DNA from: Tubiluchus corallicola | Taxonomy: Eukaryota; Animalia; Priapulida | Reading direction: 5' to 3' | Length of the DNA stretch: 64,000 bases | NCBI GenBank assembly: GCA_030141605.1 | Contig: JAQGDQ010000110.1 | Coordinates: forward strand, 124,001-188,000 | In this document: piece by piece, positions 49,203 through 62,079 of the stretch | Layout of the letters: every line of letters begins with the position of its first letter | Position numbering within the stretch: the stretch's first letter is position 1 | The notes under the pieces: model-generated | What the model was told of the DNA's origin: nothing | What the model saw: only the letters and a program-made list of their open reading frames with translations | The model's database searches: none | Program-made: the position numbers and the translations under genes

Positions 49203-49591
49203 TGTAAAATATGTTAAATATCTGATAATTAATGGCCTGATAATTAAATATGTTACACGCCTAAGAAGCCAGACTCCGAACACGGGATTAAGGTGCGGCA
49301 GTCACGTGACTGCCTCTCCACTAGATTCCCAAATACGGAAATGCCCATTCTGGACAGGCTGCGCAGCCAGCCTGGCGCCAGTGCGGAAGCCATGGGCTGG
49401 AGGCGTCTACTAAGAGAGGAGATTAGACTAGATCTCGAGGAGGAAGGTTAGAGACAGATCAGGGGCTTGGCATTGCTATATTCTATACACATATGTATTG
49501 TGATGTTGTGAAATAAACGTGTTAGTCATCAATCCAGGTCTTATAGCTTTGTCATCACCTAAACGCCTATAAACAGCTACCGTCACTTACA
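49203..49591 (+). mobile_element. Probable 3' LTR (389 bp) of the outer retroelement
   Basis: Preceded by purine tract AGAAAGAGAGGAGTAAAGAGAA 49179-49200; TGTAA...TTACA inverted ends; GC-rich core; AATAAA 49512. No matching 5' copy in the window. Confidence 0.65.
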
Positions 49592-52492
49592 TACGCACTA
49601 CCACTATACAAACCAAGAATAGTAATTTTACTCATCCCATATATGAGTAGATTAGTTAAAACTGATTTGCAGCCACTCGAAGTGAGGCACATTATTTTTT
49701 ATTTAAAACGATGTATAAGACCATTTTTTGAAGATTTCTTCACTTTTGCCCCCCCCCCACGCATTTGCGAAGACATTAAAGACTTGCGTAGACTATAAAC
49801 TTTTTAATCAATTCTTCTATGTTGAACTTGTATCGTTACCTGCTTTCTACGCTTATTTTTTCCGCTTTTTCATGAACAATTATGTTTTTCTTTCTAAGTA
49901 ATTCGATTATGTTTTTCTTATCAATTATATCATATCTACTGTTTGAATAAACATTTTTGCATTATATTTCGTTTTAGTAATACTTTACAGTTCATTTGGT
50001 GCTTGAGAACGGATTATTTGCTTTCACATTATTTCTTATGGGAATAAATGGTACTCAACCAAATCGGTCTTCAAGCACTTTTTAGGAACGAATTATGGTT
50101 GAAAATAGAGGTATGACTGTATTGCAGTTTAGCTTGACAGATATCTAGGTGTAACACTTACATAACGAACAACTGATCTTGTAGTCAATAAAGCAACTTT
50201 GATTTCAAAGTTATACTTTTCAGCAATTCAGTTAATCTTACAAAAAAGCAGCGTACTCTGCCAGAAAAAAATGCAAAACCGAATCATGTAAACAGAGGAC
50301 ATCAATGACCAACTGAAGTAACACACAGCCACCATAAAATACAAATTTGCACTTTCCGAAAAGATGTAGAAAGTATACAATTACACACACATGTGGGAAA
50401 ATTACAAACATGTGTGTAATTGTATACGTTCTACTCTTTGTTTGTATGCCCTCTCTCTACTGTGTCTTCACTGTAAGGGGTCAGCTGTCATAAAAGAATA
50501 TCTGGACAATGAATATCAGAAGGCGAAACCCCAAACTATTCAAGTGCTTTTCCTCCTCCTGAGAAAAAGTAAATTAATACACAGCAGGCATAAACGAGTT
50601 ATTAATTATAAATTATTTATTAAACTATGAGAAACAATATTGTTCTAATATTAACACCAGTATGTTTATCATGAGCAGCATGTTGCATAAAATTGCACAT
50701 CATGGGGTCAACAATTATACTCATTTTAGGCTATTTTTCTAATTTCAATAGCTCATTATTGTAGAACTATTCAACTATCAGTTCCTTCGTCACGTAATCG
50801 AGTTCTGGTAGTTGTTTGTACAATTACACCACATTTTATGTGGACCCCCCCCCCCATGACCCTAACAGCAGCTCAGAAAATATGTCACTGTCACAGTGCT
50901 CTAGCAGTGACATCTCTTCCAGTACACTAATGAACTTTTAATGACTTGCACACGCGCTGCATCGTTCAAGCACCTATACAGCGATGTACTATTTAGTATA
51001 TCTCTGGGAGATCATTACCCTAGTAATATTAACAACATCCTATATGTAAAGAAGCTAGCTCAAATGCCAGTTATAGTGTGAATATGATGAATAAGATGAT
51101 ATAATATTAACACCAGTATTTTTATCATGAGCAGCATGTTGCATAAAATTGCACATGATACTAAGTGAGCTTTTGAAAAATTATAGCTCATTGCCAAACA
51201 TTGAAGAAAAATACATAAACCAAGCGAAAGAATTGCTTACAACGATAAACGACATCATTACATAGTTGCCGAGAAATTTAAATTGTAACCGTCCAACTAT
51301 TTCTAATTTCAAACCCTTTATACCAGACTAAACCACAAAAACTTAGTAGGAATGTCAATTTTACTCACAATTATACACTATACATTTTGTACAATTATAC
51401 TACGTTTTTTATAATACATGACTTCTACAGTTAAGACACCATTAGGGTGTTAATGTAGCTGCAAATATGTAGTACACACACGTGTATAACCATTTGCCAA
51501 GGAGGCACAGCTATACAATCCTATACGAAATCCTCTTTACAAGGCCATAATAAAGTCACATAACGAAAAATGCGCAGCCGCAAAAATGAAACAGGCGGCA
51601 CATGTGAACAAGGTTCGCGACATAACAACTTTATTAGACTTGCAACTAGATTTGTCATCAGAAGCTTGAAAAACATATAATTTTAGAATTTGCTGTTAGA
51701 TTTTAATAACGGTTAGTAATCTGGATTTATTATTCTTTGTGTTTGTGTAGTTGCTATGCGTGTGAGGTTTGCTAATATTGTTTAACAGGTCCATACTGAT
51801 TTCACACTCTCAAATTATATTTTTTCAGACTTCTGCTGACGAATTAAGTTGCAAATTCAAAACGTCAAGTATAATAATATTATTATAAGGTCGCAAACTT
51901 TGTTCACGTATGTACCGTATGTTTGATTTTTTGCTGTACATGCCTGTTTCTGAAAGCATTTCATGCCTTTCTTAAATTCCACTCTACAAATAGTCAAATC
52001 AAACAAAGTTGTATCACTTTACTTACTACCAGCTGACTAACCAATTAAGTTCAAAGTAGAAAATTGCATTTATAGGTTTCTCAAGAATCAAATCTATCAA
52101 GGTGGTAATTGAAACGAACTAAAACTTCCTGATCTCGATGGGCATGAAATACACTGTAATAAAAATTATGGAATGATCTGTTAACAATGTAAAAGGAAAC
52201 ACGATGCCTCCAGGCAATGCTGCAACTTCGGTAGAACATGAGGTCTTTTGTATAGCACTTACATAATTGAAACTGCATGCATGACAGGATAACTAACTGA
52301 ATTATGCCCATATATAACCCCCTATCACAGTTTCACTACTTTACAGCTGTAAGGCTTAAATATCAATTCAAAACTGAATTATCATCAATAAAACAATTAT
52401 AATTTAAAAATTGCAGAAGAAAAATCTATTCAGCTACAGTGCCCAAATGTCTTCAGGCTAGCTCTGGAAGCATTTCGTACACAGATGGCTAA

Positions 52493-55400
52493 TCACAACT
52501 TTGACCGAGCTTGTTCCATCATGGGTTTTAAGTATTTATAATATGACGGATGGATCTGAAATGAGAAGAAAATAACTTGTGATACCAGCAGGTCTAACTT
52601 CACTTGAAAATAGAGATTCAGTGGCCATGGAATTTTCTGTCTCATAATCACAGGGGATTTAAGTAGAATGCATTTGTTTATTTATTTATTTATTCTTTAT
52701 ACAGCTAAAAACTCATGATAAAAATATAATGTGAATTTAATGAAAAACATCAAGCTGGAAGACAGGTGACTGAAGCTCAAAAATCCACAAATAAGGTCTC
52801 AATAAACAAAAAACAACAACAGCACGTGATGATACAAACAAAAGTTTGAAATTGAATGAAAATCTTAATTTTGAAGTATTTTATATAAGAAACATTATAC
52901 TTAAAGGTATATGCAGCTTTCTCTATTGCATACTTGTGACAACAGCATTTCTTAATTTTGCCAAGCAAATGAATTTTCCAGAAGGTAAAACAAGCGGCAA
53001 ACTTTTGTGCAATGAGTGCTACCATGTCATTAAATATTAAGTTAGGTGTCTCACTGCCCACCATACGTGTTTACCTCTGATTTGTTTAACGTTGATTTCT
53101 TGGCAAACTCGTACAATCTTTCATAAACGTTACCATCGTAAGCACCTAGGGCGCTGCGTAGTATCTGATCGTCATAATCAAATGCATCAACAAGCGCTAC
53201 AGCGTTAGGACGGACCTCTCCCAGTAACTCGATAAGGTAAGACTTCATCTGCATCATTTGACTTCCATTCATGTAACCATCCTGACAAATGGAATATACA
53301 GTAAAACATGTTATTTCTACATGATAATTATGATACGTTGCTTAAGTATTTACTAATTAAACATGGCGATTGCATTTCGTTATCTAAAGTATCTGAATCA
53401 AAACAGCAAAAGCGTTATTTCGTTGGGGAATCAAATTTATCTTATTAGTTATAGTAAACTAATTACATTTAAAATTGCTGCAGTATTAGTAAGAAAGTTT
53501 CAGGAAAAATTATACAAGGGATCTCTATCACAAACAGATCATTCCCGTCCTTATTTGAATAAGATGAACTTCAGGTTGGAATTATAACAGTAACTTCAAA
53601 GTTCTAAAACAGCTCATACTTGACTACTCGATGTGTTGCAAAAGCTAGAAAAGAGACAAAAGTTAAAAGAAACAATTTAGTGAGCCGCTGACACAGTAAC
53701 AGATCTCACCAGTAATTTTTGACATTCTAAATAAATACTATTGCTTTTATTATTATTTTATGCATACAAAAATTTTTATACAACAATGTAGTTTTAATAC
53801 AAAAAAATAATTTGCATTGAAAAAACAAAAGAAGGATAAAATCCATATACACATCGCTTCATGCTACATGTAGTTGCTTACACATTCCTAAAATGCTTTT
53901 CTAACTTTTCTTTTCTCAGTAAAATTAACGCAAAGATTACATCCATGCTTTATTCTTAAATCAACATCTGAGTCATTCATAAAATACAACATTTTTGGTA
54001 TCACAATTGATTCACAATTTTGAATTCTGTTTAAAAATCCCAACTTACGACTGTCTATCAAAAAATTTGCTGGAATGGTACCACAACGATACATAAGTAG
54101 TTTTCCACTTTCATTTTGTTTAAAGTCAAATATTTTTCATATGCACAGCTCAGACTTACTCTAATTACATTCACATCTATAGTGGACATGCCACCAACTT
54201 AACACCTATACAACAAAATAGAAAGACATAAGAACTAATTAATGGTTTTGCCATTATTGAGTTTGGGCCCCATTGTCGACAAAACACTATTTAAGGACCC
54301 GAAATACTTACGCTTTAATCTTGTAATGTCAAATATGTGTTCCAAAATGACAAGTTGAAAATGATGAATGTGAAACAGCAACATTTTTGTCATTTGTAAA
54401 AACCTTATGTATGCACAAGCATAAAAATAAGAGACGCTTTACAGATTTTTCGGGATTTTTGGTGGCATTTAACATAACAAAATGCTGTGAAAGTGCTTAA
54501 TCAAATTAACAAAATGTTTGTGAAAAACATCTGTCTATTTTCCCCATTTTCGTAAATGTTTACCTCTAAAAAGTCTCCGGCAGACTGCAGTAGCGTGTGT
54601 GTACTGTACAGCTGGCACAGCGAAGTTAAGACAGCTCGTACAGAATTGCTCATCTGTTTCTCATCTACAGCATCTTCAAAATTCTTCACAACGTAATACT
54701 CGGAATGTGCCTGCAATGGTGCAATAGCTAGAAAGAAAGTGATGTAACAGCTCCATAGTTTTTAAGTCCTGTTATAAGCTAGCTTTGCAAATCTGCAAAA
54801 AAAGTCACAGTCATGGATGTCTTTCCTGAAATTAGGACCTAAGCCAGTGGGACAGTTGTACATTCCATTTGGCATCACAGACATGTATCACCGACAATAA
54901 AAAAATAAATAAGCCCTTTTCATAGGTACGTTGTGTGCACGCGCTGTTGCTGTAGGTCAAAGATTAAGTGTGCCACAGCAACGAATCTAACTACAACTGT
55001 CACGTGATATGTGGGTAAAGCAAAACCATCTGCCACTCAGTTCAGTAACTACAGTTGCTTTACATGAACTTTACTTAATTATACATTAGTCTGTACATTA
55101 GAGTGACTTACTAGCAGGATCTTGCTTACGAACGAGAAAAATTGAACTAGGTAAGGTTCTAGATAGCAGTTAAAACTGTTAATATTACAGTAGCATGGGC
55201 TGCGAGGCATTGTCAAGTGTTAAAACATGTTGTCTGGTACACTTAATCTTTGACCTTTTCACGACCATCGTCAATCACTGGAACTGTGAAAAGGTTTATT
55301 CAGCTACAATGTGACAACTGCTGTTTACCTTAGCAACCCATGTTTGGCTTTACAGTCTAGAAACAAAGACAAGAAAATTTAATCAGTGCAGGAAATAAGA

Positions 55401-58400
55401 AACCGCTCAACTATTTAACAGAACGCAGCTGATAAAATTCCATTTGAAGGAAATATGGCAAATACATCTATAATTGGCTGAACTTTGTACGAGACTGAAT
55501 GGATTTTCTTAGCCTGTTTAGTAATGCATGTTTAGTAACCAATAAAAATGACGGATAGATTAGTCGTTATAATTGCCACCCACAAACTAATTATTATGCA
55601 CGTTAGCCTCTGTGGAGAAGGTTCCTTTCAACAATCAACAAACAACTTTCTTTAAACAGCAAACAACAATGCAACTCAAACACCTTAGCGTTCCAGCTTT
55701 CCTACTCAATTGTACAAGCCTGTTCTTAAACATTTTCAATACCTCTTGTTAAAATAAGCAACAAACCTGGGCTGCCTTTACAAGATCAACAGAACAGTTA
55801 TTCCAAGCACGCACGTAACTGACTCCTTTACTAGTTTCCTTGTTCAACAACTCACAAGCGTAACCAATTAACCTGAAAAAAAGACATGGTCTACCATAAG
55901 AAATCACTTTGCTTTTTTCATGATTTCACATCATGCTAATAATTATAAGAGTAAAAGGTTAAAGAGAAATCGACATGCCTTTCGATAAGTTCTAAGCAGG
56001 GCCACAAAGAATACACTGTGTGGGCTACATGACCTCGTGTGTACAGTGTTCCCTCGCTACTTCGCGGTTCGTTTATCGCAGACTCGCTGTTTAGCGGATT
56101 TTCAAAAACATTAATGTGAAATATTTATCGCTGTATTTTCGCTGTTTCGCGGGTTTTTGCGGTACTCCGTCTAAAGTATTTTTGCACATGCGTAGTGCAT
56201 ATTGTACAGTAATGTATAGATTTAATGAATTTTGCATAAAAAATCACAAACTGTATAAAAATATATTAAAAATGTTAATTCTAACATTAAAAGAATATTA
56301 TAAATCATAAAAATTACCATTTACAGTAAATAGTGTATTTATTCGGCGGATGAATACACACCAAAAACGAAATGTAGTACTTGCGCCCACTTGAGATGCG
56401 GGAAAGGGTTATGTATAAGAGTGTGGGGAGGGTTTATAAAGACTTAAAATAATGCATAACTACTAAAATAAGTATAGTGTCCCTACTTTGCGGAAATTCA
56501 CTTATTTGGAACGGGAACACCCAAGATAATTGAGGGAACACTGTATGTGCTTTTTTAAATCATATTACACACAAACATAAATTACAAATACAACAACAGT
56601 GTCGGTATTCCAATATTTATATATCTTGCACCAACCTTTTTGCCCGATGAGCAAAAGCAGGAGAAAAGCGACTTCCTTTCTGAAATTGAAAATGTTGTTC
56701 ACCGAGCTGCGAAAGATATGCTACAGACATTTTCAGCTGCTTGCCACTACGAGCTGCAGTAAAACACTTGACCAAATGTCTGTCAAAAAATTAAACCGGT
56801 GTGACAAAGTATAACAAAGAAGTATAACATAGACAACAGACAAGCTTATTTTGGTTCGATTTTAAAACTAGTGTTTTGTTGTAATAAACTTAAGATGAAA
56901 ACTACCTCAAGTGTCAATATAATATCACAATAGAATTTACATTATTGAGTTAAACTTTATTGAGATGACTTTCATCTTTGCTGAAACAAATAAATATTTA
57001 CACAGGATCAGAAAGTTTCAATAACAAGTTGTCTAAGCATGTAAGGCTTCTACGAGAAAGAGTTACGAATAAAACTTCACAAACTGATGAAGTAATGAAC
57101 TAGAAAGAAAAGTCTGTCTTTCACTTTTCTTCTTTATAGTTTTTGAAGTCACCCTTTTACAGTTCCAGTTTTTCTGCATCGGCCACACTATACTTCTTAT
57201 TAGCAGTGGCTGAAGCTGAGTCAGTTGCTACTACATCAGCAGACTGACACAGTAAATCAACTAGCTTGACTGACGCTGAATCAGTTGCTACTGCATCAGC
57301 TGACTCACACAGTAAATCAACTAGCTTGACAGAAGCTGAATCAGTTGCTACTGCATCAGCTGACTCACACAGTAAATCAATTTTAGTGACAGAAGTTGAC
57401 TGACTTTTCAGCAGTGTTGGCTTAAAGAATAAATTAGCTAAGTCAGCTAAAGCTACGAATTTTTGTTAATGAAATAAATGATAAATTGTTAGTTAACTGT
57501 TACATTGTGGAGACAAATTTTTTTAAATAATTTGTGTTGCTTATACACAGAAAAAAATCTGATGTACAAATTTAAATAATGCATTAGAGATCATTTTTTA
57601 TTATTATAAAAAAGCAATAGATTTATTGCAAATATAATTTAAATCTAACTCGTGGCGAAGCTTATCTTGATTACTGACAAATCAACACCAAAGCACCAAA
57701 ATAATCCCATACATATTGTCTACTCGTGTATTTAATTTTGAATTGACCAGCTTTCTCGTTCAAAAACTTCTAAAGTTTAGTATCTCTGTCAGCACACGCA
57801 CAATGTGACTGCAAATCCGTGGCTCTGGCCTCTAATTATTAGTTATTATTTTATTTCATACAGATCTCTAATGAAAATTGCATAAAAGCCTTGTATCATA
57901 TTTATTATATGATATATCACCTGGTATAATACTTATTGCATGATATATCACCTGGTACGATATTTACTACATGATATCCCATCTGGTATGTTTTCATATG
58001 ATATATTATCCTTTACAGAGAGACTCGATGACAATTCTGATGTATAATTCTTGATTGTGAAACACGTGTTAAAACACCCGAAACATTTCCTGTTTTTCTT
58101 ACAATTTTCAGTCACGCAAACACAAGCATGCTTCCCAGGCTAGTATATACAATGGCAATTAAGCTCTTGCAACTATATAATTTTTTGTAAACAATTTAAT
58201 GCCACTAATTCTCATCCAGAAAATGACTTCACAACTACTAAAATTTTTTTTAGCAAAACCAACTAAGTAGAATAAAGATGCACCTCGCACTTTGCAACAT
58301 TAACACTGTATTTTCGCCCTCATATGTACAAGCTGGAACAACTTTAGTGTACAGATCAGGCAACGAACTGGCTCTGGAGTAACCGTGTCCGCCGCAGCTC

Positions 58401-61400
58401 ATGCGACACTGTTCTACTGCTGATGAAGCAACAGCCGTACACGTTGCCTTTAAGCTGCACGAAACACCATGTAGCTGGAATAAGATGCATAAATGTGCAT
58501 TAATAGACAAAATTATAAAAGTATAGGCTACAGGTAATAAACTAACATGACTTAGCTCCTGCAGATAAGGTAGAGGTGGACAAAGCTCCATCACTTCTAC
58601 TGAAGCCATTGCAAATACAACTGACAAGTGTAAGCAAATTTACTGAAAAGCAAGTATTGGTGAAACATTGAAAGGTGAATAAAATTTGGTTGCACTGGCA
58701 TTTTGATCACAAACGAAACACTAGCAAAAACGACTTAGTTAAGTGTTAGTTAAGACACTAAAACATCAGCACGCTTTCCTACTGTTCAACCACTGTGGTT
58801 AACCTGTTCCAAGCAGCTTAATCAAATGTACCTATAATATTTGCTTGCAAAGATTAAAAACCTAAACTGCTTAAAAGTTAAATGTATTTTTGCTATTAAC
58901 ATTCTATAAAAAAATGTCCTACACACACCGAAAACGGTACAAGAACTTCAAGCAAAAATGAGTGAAATTACAAGTTATCATGGTGACGTGGTCACTCAGC
59001 TTCACATGAATCACTTTCCAGACTGGCCAGTAAGAGTCATTGTTACATTATGTCACCATCAAAATGCTAGTGTGAGCCAAACATTTGTTCAACTAGAGCA
59101 TAATTTGCAACAGCATCTTAAAAAAACACACGACCTAACAGTGTTAGAAAAGCTTTTTGGCAAACTTACCTCAGGCAAAAGATCAAAATCTCCATCCTCA
59201 ATCTTTTTCGCCATAGAGAAGTACATTTTGACCATGCGTTCTCCAGCAAAGTGGAATGCATAAGCCGCTGCCAGAATTGGAAAAAGCTTGTACTGCTGAG
59301 TCACAAAGTCAATGACTTGTGGTTCTACACCACTACAAATGGATATGAATAACGTTCAAACAAAAACACTTATTTATTTATTAGTTATATATTGCCGAAT
59401 ATCATTAATTCTAAATTAATGTTTATTATAATTATCGACCTATAAGTTCACAGTCTGAACTTTATAAAAAACAACCAAAGCAGCTACCAAAATAAGTGGT
59501 GCGCGGTACACTGGTATGTCAAAATATCACTGACTACTTATAAACAAATACTTTTTTCTGATAGTCATTAATGCAAACAGATGCTACATCTATCAGTACG
59601 TTGCTTAGGAGTAAATCACAGTTCAGTGATCTATAACTGATTGCACACATTACTTTTTTGGTGTCCGTGACTTAGCTGCTGCTTTAATTTTGTTCAATTA
59701 AACATTTTACTAACCAATATTATTGTGATGCTGCTATCTACAAACCAAAAAAATAAAATTCTTGTCATTATAATCAACAGTTATATTTATAAGGAGAAAG
59801 GCATTAAAAACTATGAATCACTCAGGATTCGAACTAAGAACCCTGTAATATCAAGCCATTTGTTCTGCCCATTTGAACTTTCATCCAGGTCTGAATTCTC
59901 ATACTAATCAGCACACAATCAGTTACAGCAACATAACAGCATACCAAATATACAAAGATAGTGGACTAAAATTTAAAAGATGGTAAACACAAGCTTACTG
60001 TGGCTCAATCTCGGACTGTCGTCGCACTGCACTGTAGCGAGTAGCGATGGTCACAGCATGTCCCAAGTAGCGTCCTGTATCGTCCACTATCATAGCCCTA
60101 ATCAGCACCATTGTCCCATAAGCTAGTTTGCTGCTAGGGGGCTTTATGTAGGTGCCATCTTTTAGAACCTGAAAAGTTAGATAGCTTTGCTTATACATAA
60201 TTGAAATTGTGCAAGCTGTCAGTATGTAGCACTTAATGAAGACATTGTACATTATAATGGTGGATATGGCAGGATTAAATCTTATTATAAGGATAATCCC
60301 TGTGATGAGACACCGAACCAGTAGAGGTGTCTTAGCCATATTTAAGTATATATCTTAGTTTAAGAATAGCACAACACAGAAGCAATATATCAGCTAAAAC
60401 CACCTAAAAGGAAAAGTCAACCAACCATTTACTGATGAGGCCTAGTGCCGTTTAGCTTTAGTTAGCAATCAAATGTGGTGACATGCACCACTCAATTATT
60501 TGCGTACCCTCAAGATGAAAGTTACAATGGTGCACAACGAAACGAAAGCAAAAAATGGTAAAGTAGTAAACAGTAAAGCAAGGGTGCAGCGATAAGGGAG
60601 CGATATGCACATAAGACAAAAAAGGCAAGTGAGTAAAGCAGGGTTGAATAACATGCAGCACAGAATGACAGAGCAGAACATGGCGGAGCAGACAATGCGT
60701 CCTGTAGCAAAACAAATGGAACAAAAGATAACAAAATAAAATATAAAAAGGGATGAATAACGTGCAGCACAGAATGACAGAGAAGAGCATGGTGGAGCAG
60801 ACAATGCGTCCTGTAGCAAAACAAATGGGACAAAAGATAACAAAATAAAATATAAAAAGGGTTGAATAACGTTCAGCACAGAATGACAGAGCAGAGCATG
60901 GCTGAGCAGACAATGTGTTCTGTAGCAAAACACAAAATAAGCCATTTTAGTATCTAACAAAATAAATTATAAAAACAAAATAAAGTACCAGAAGCTAACA
61001 TAGCGTAAAAGCAAACCATTGCCACATAAAATATTTTTAAGCAGACAAGAACAAAAACAATAAAACAAAGATAGCAACTGACTGAAAAAAGAAAAAATGC
61101 CCCTTCATACATTCTCACTTTCTCCTCGTCACTGAAAAAGAACTTTTTCAAAGTTCGAAAATAATATCCAAAAACAAGTTTCAATGTTTATAGTGAAAAA
61201 TTTATAGAAACATGTGCCATGCACATGAAATTAAACAGAGCTAGGTAGTTATGGTCACTATAACAATTTATTACAATTGGCGACATTCGTAATTTATTAC
61301 AATTTACCTGTGCGTTCTTCATCAGCATCCCTTCACGAGGTATGCGTACGTAATTAAGTTTCAAGTAACCATTATCCACTGTTTCAAAACCCATTTTAGG

Positions 61401-61988
61401 ACCAATATCTCCAAGTTCAATACCTAGTTAAAATAAATGTTATAATTCTTAAATTTGAATATACGTCCAAAAAATTTGTGTTCATCATACCAAATTTCAT
61501 TTACAAAATAAGGTATTGTGCAACTCAGCAGCTTACATTTTCTGAAACAGTAAAGAAACTATTCAGTAAAGATCAGAAAAATTTAAAAAAAAAGGAAATA
61601 TTAAAAAAATTTTGAACTTTAGAGTCAGAAGCTGTTCCCATGAATTAGCAAAAAATACCTAAATTTTCTTTCTTTGACATCACTATAACTAATCTATGTC
61701 CAAGTCAATACTTCATAAAAGACCCTAGTTAAACACATATTTTATTAAAGGGCAAGTCACTTTAATTCATAACACGTTCCATTACGGATAGCTAACCTCG
61801 CAGATATGTAAGCACAGTATTGATATGTAATTGTTAGTCGATGAAAATGTCTAAAAAAGTATGTATACCTGGCATAATGGAGTGATCATTCATGTTGCGA
61901 ATCTGCAACCAGAAGGGATGAACTCCGTAACATTTTCCATGCGTGTAAAGTTGAGCCATTAAGATCACATGGGTGCTCAAATGAGCCA
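52493..61988 (-). CDS. ACOX1: Peroxisomal acyl-CoA oxidase 1, 5'-partial; exons 61988-61869, 61423-61308, 60168-59999, 59332-59170, 58474-58284, 56779-56636, 55872-55767, 54710-54564, 53281-53075, 52555-52493
   Basis: [37 protein letters not shown], catalytic [34 protein letters not shown]-terminal PTS1 SKL; all introns GT-AG and in phase. Confidence 0.93.
53888..54230 (-). mobile_element. Degenerate LINE 3' fragment in an ACOX1 intron
   Basis: Broken RT C-terminal-like peptide ([35 protein letters not shown]). Confidence 0.45.
56044..56543. mobile_element. Tc1/mariner-pogo (Tigger-like) MITE, 500 bp
   Basis: TA|CAGTGTTCCCTC ... GAGGGAACACTG|TA, perfect 12-bp TIR with TA duplication. Confidence 0.88.
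57211..57400. repeat. 60-bp tandem repeat, about 3 copies
   Basis: Unit GAAGCTGAATCAGTTGCTACTGCATCAGCTGACTCACACAGTAAATCAACTAGCTTGAC(T/A) recurring every 60 bp. Confidence 0.85.
60641..60931. repeat. 109-bp tandem repeat, about 2.7 copies, in an ACOX1 intron
   Basis: GAATAAC..GCAGCACAGAATGACAGAG..GAGCAGACAATGCGTCCTGTAGCAAAACAAATGG recurring every 109 bp. Confidence 0.85.
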
Positions 61989-62079
61989 CTACAAAAAATT
62001 GATTGCTGTGTTATTCTTCAATAGCCAAGTCTTTGACAGCAATTGTCCACTGTGACTTTGTGTTTCATGCTTTGATGAC

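Larger units (their letters stand above)
37001..49591 (+). mobile_element. Old, 5'-deleted Ty3/gypsy LTR retroelement with an extended 3' cargo region (env-like ORF, accessory ORFs, nuclear receptor), interrupted by a nested element
   Basis: Broken RT tail-RNase H-integrase 37001-39900; co-oriented ORFs 45224-48235; purine tract 49179-49200 followed by an LTR-like TGTAA...TTACA unit. Confidence 0.75.

Noticed and set aside
36407-49586. TGTGACGG at 36407 and CCGTCAC at 49580 as paired ends of one element
   Set aside because: No shared LTR body and no target duplication; TGTAA...TTACA after the purine tract explains the right end better.
50660-50700. HAAH peptide on the minus strand as the missing protease His57 exon
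   Set aside because: Reads HAAHD not TAAHC, has no splice context, and is part of a local duplication.
51570-51940. Degenerate long inverted repeat, possible old MITE
   Set aside because: Too diverged to define ends or a TSD by eye.
60458-60960. Three overlapping hydrophobic Cys-rich ORFs
   Set aside because: Products of the 109-bp intronic tandem repeat, open in all three frames.
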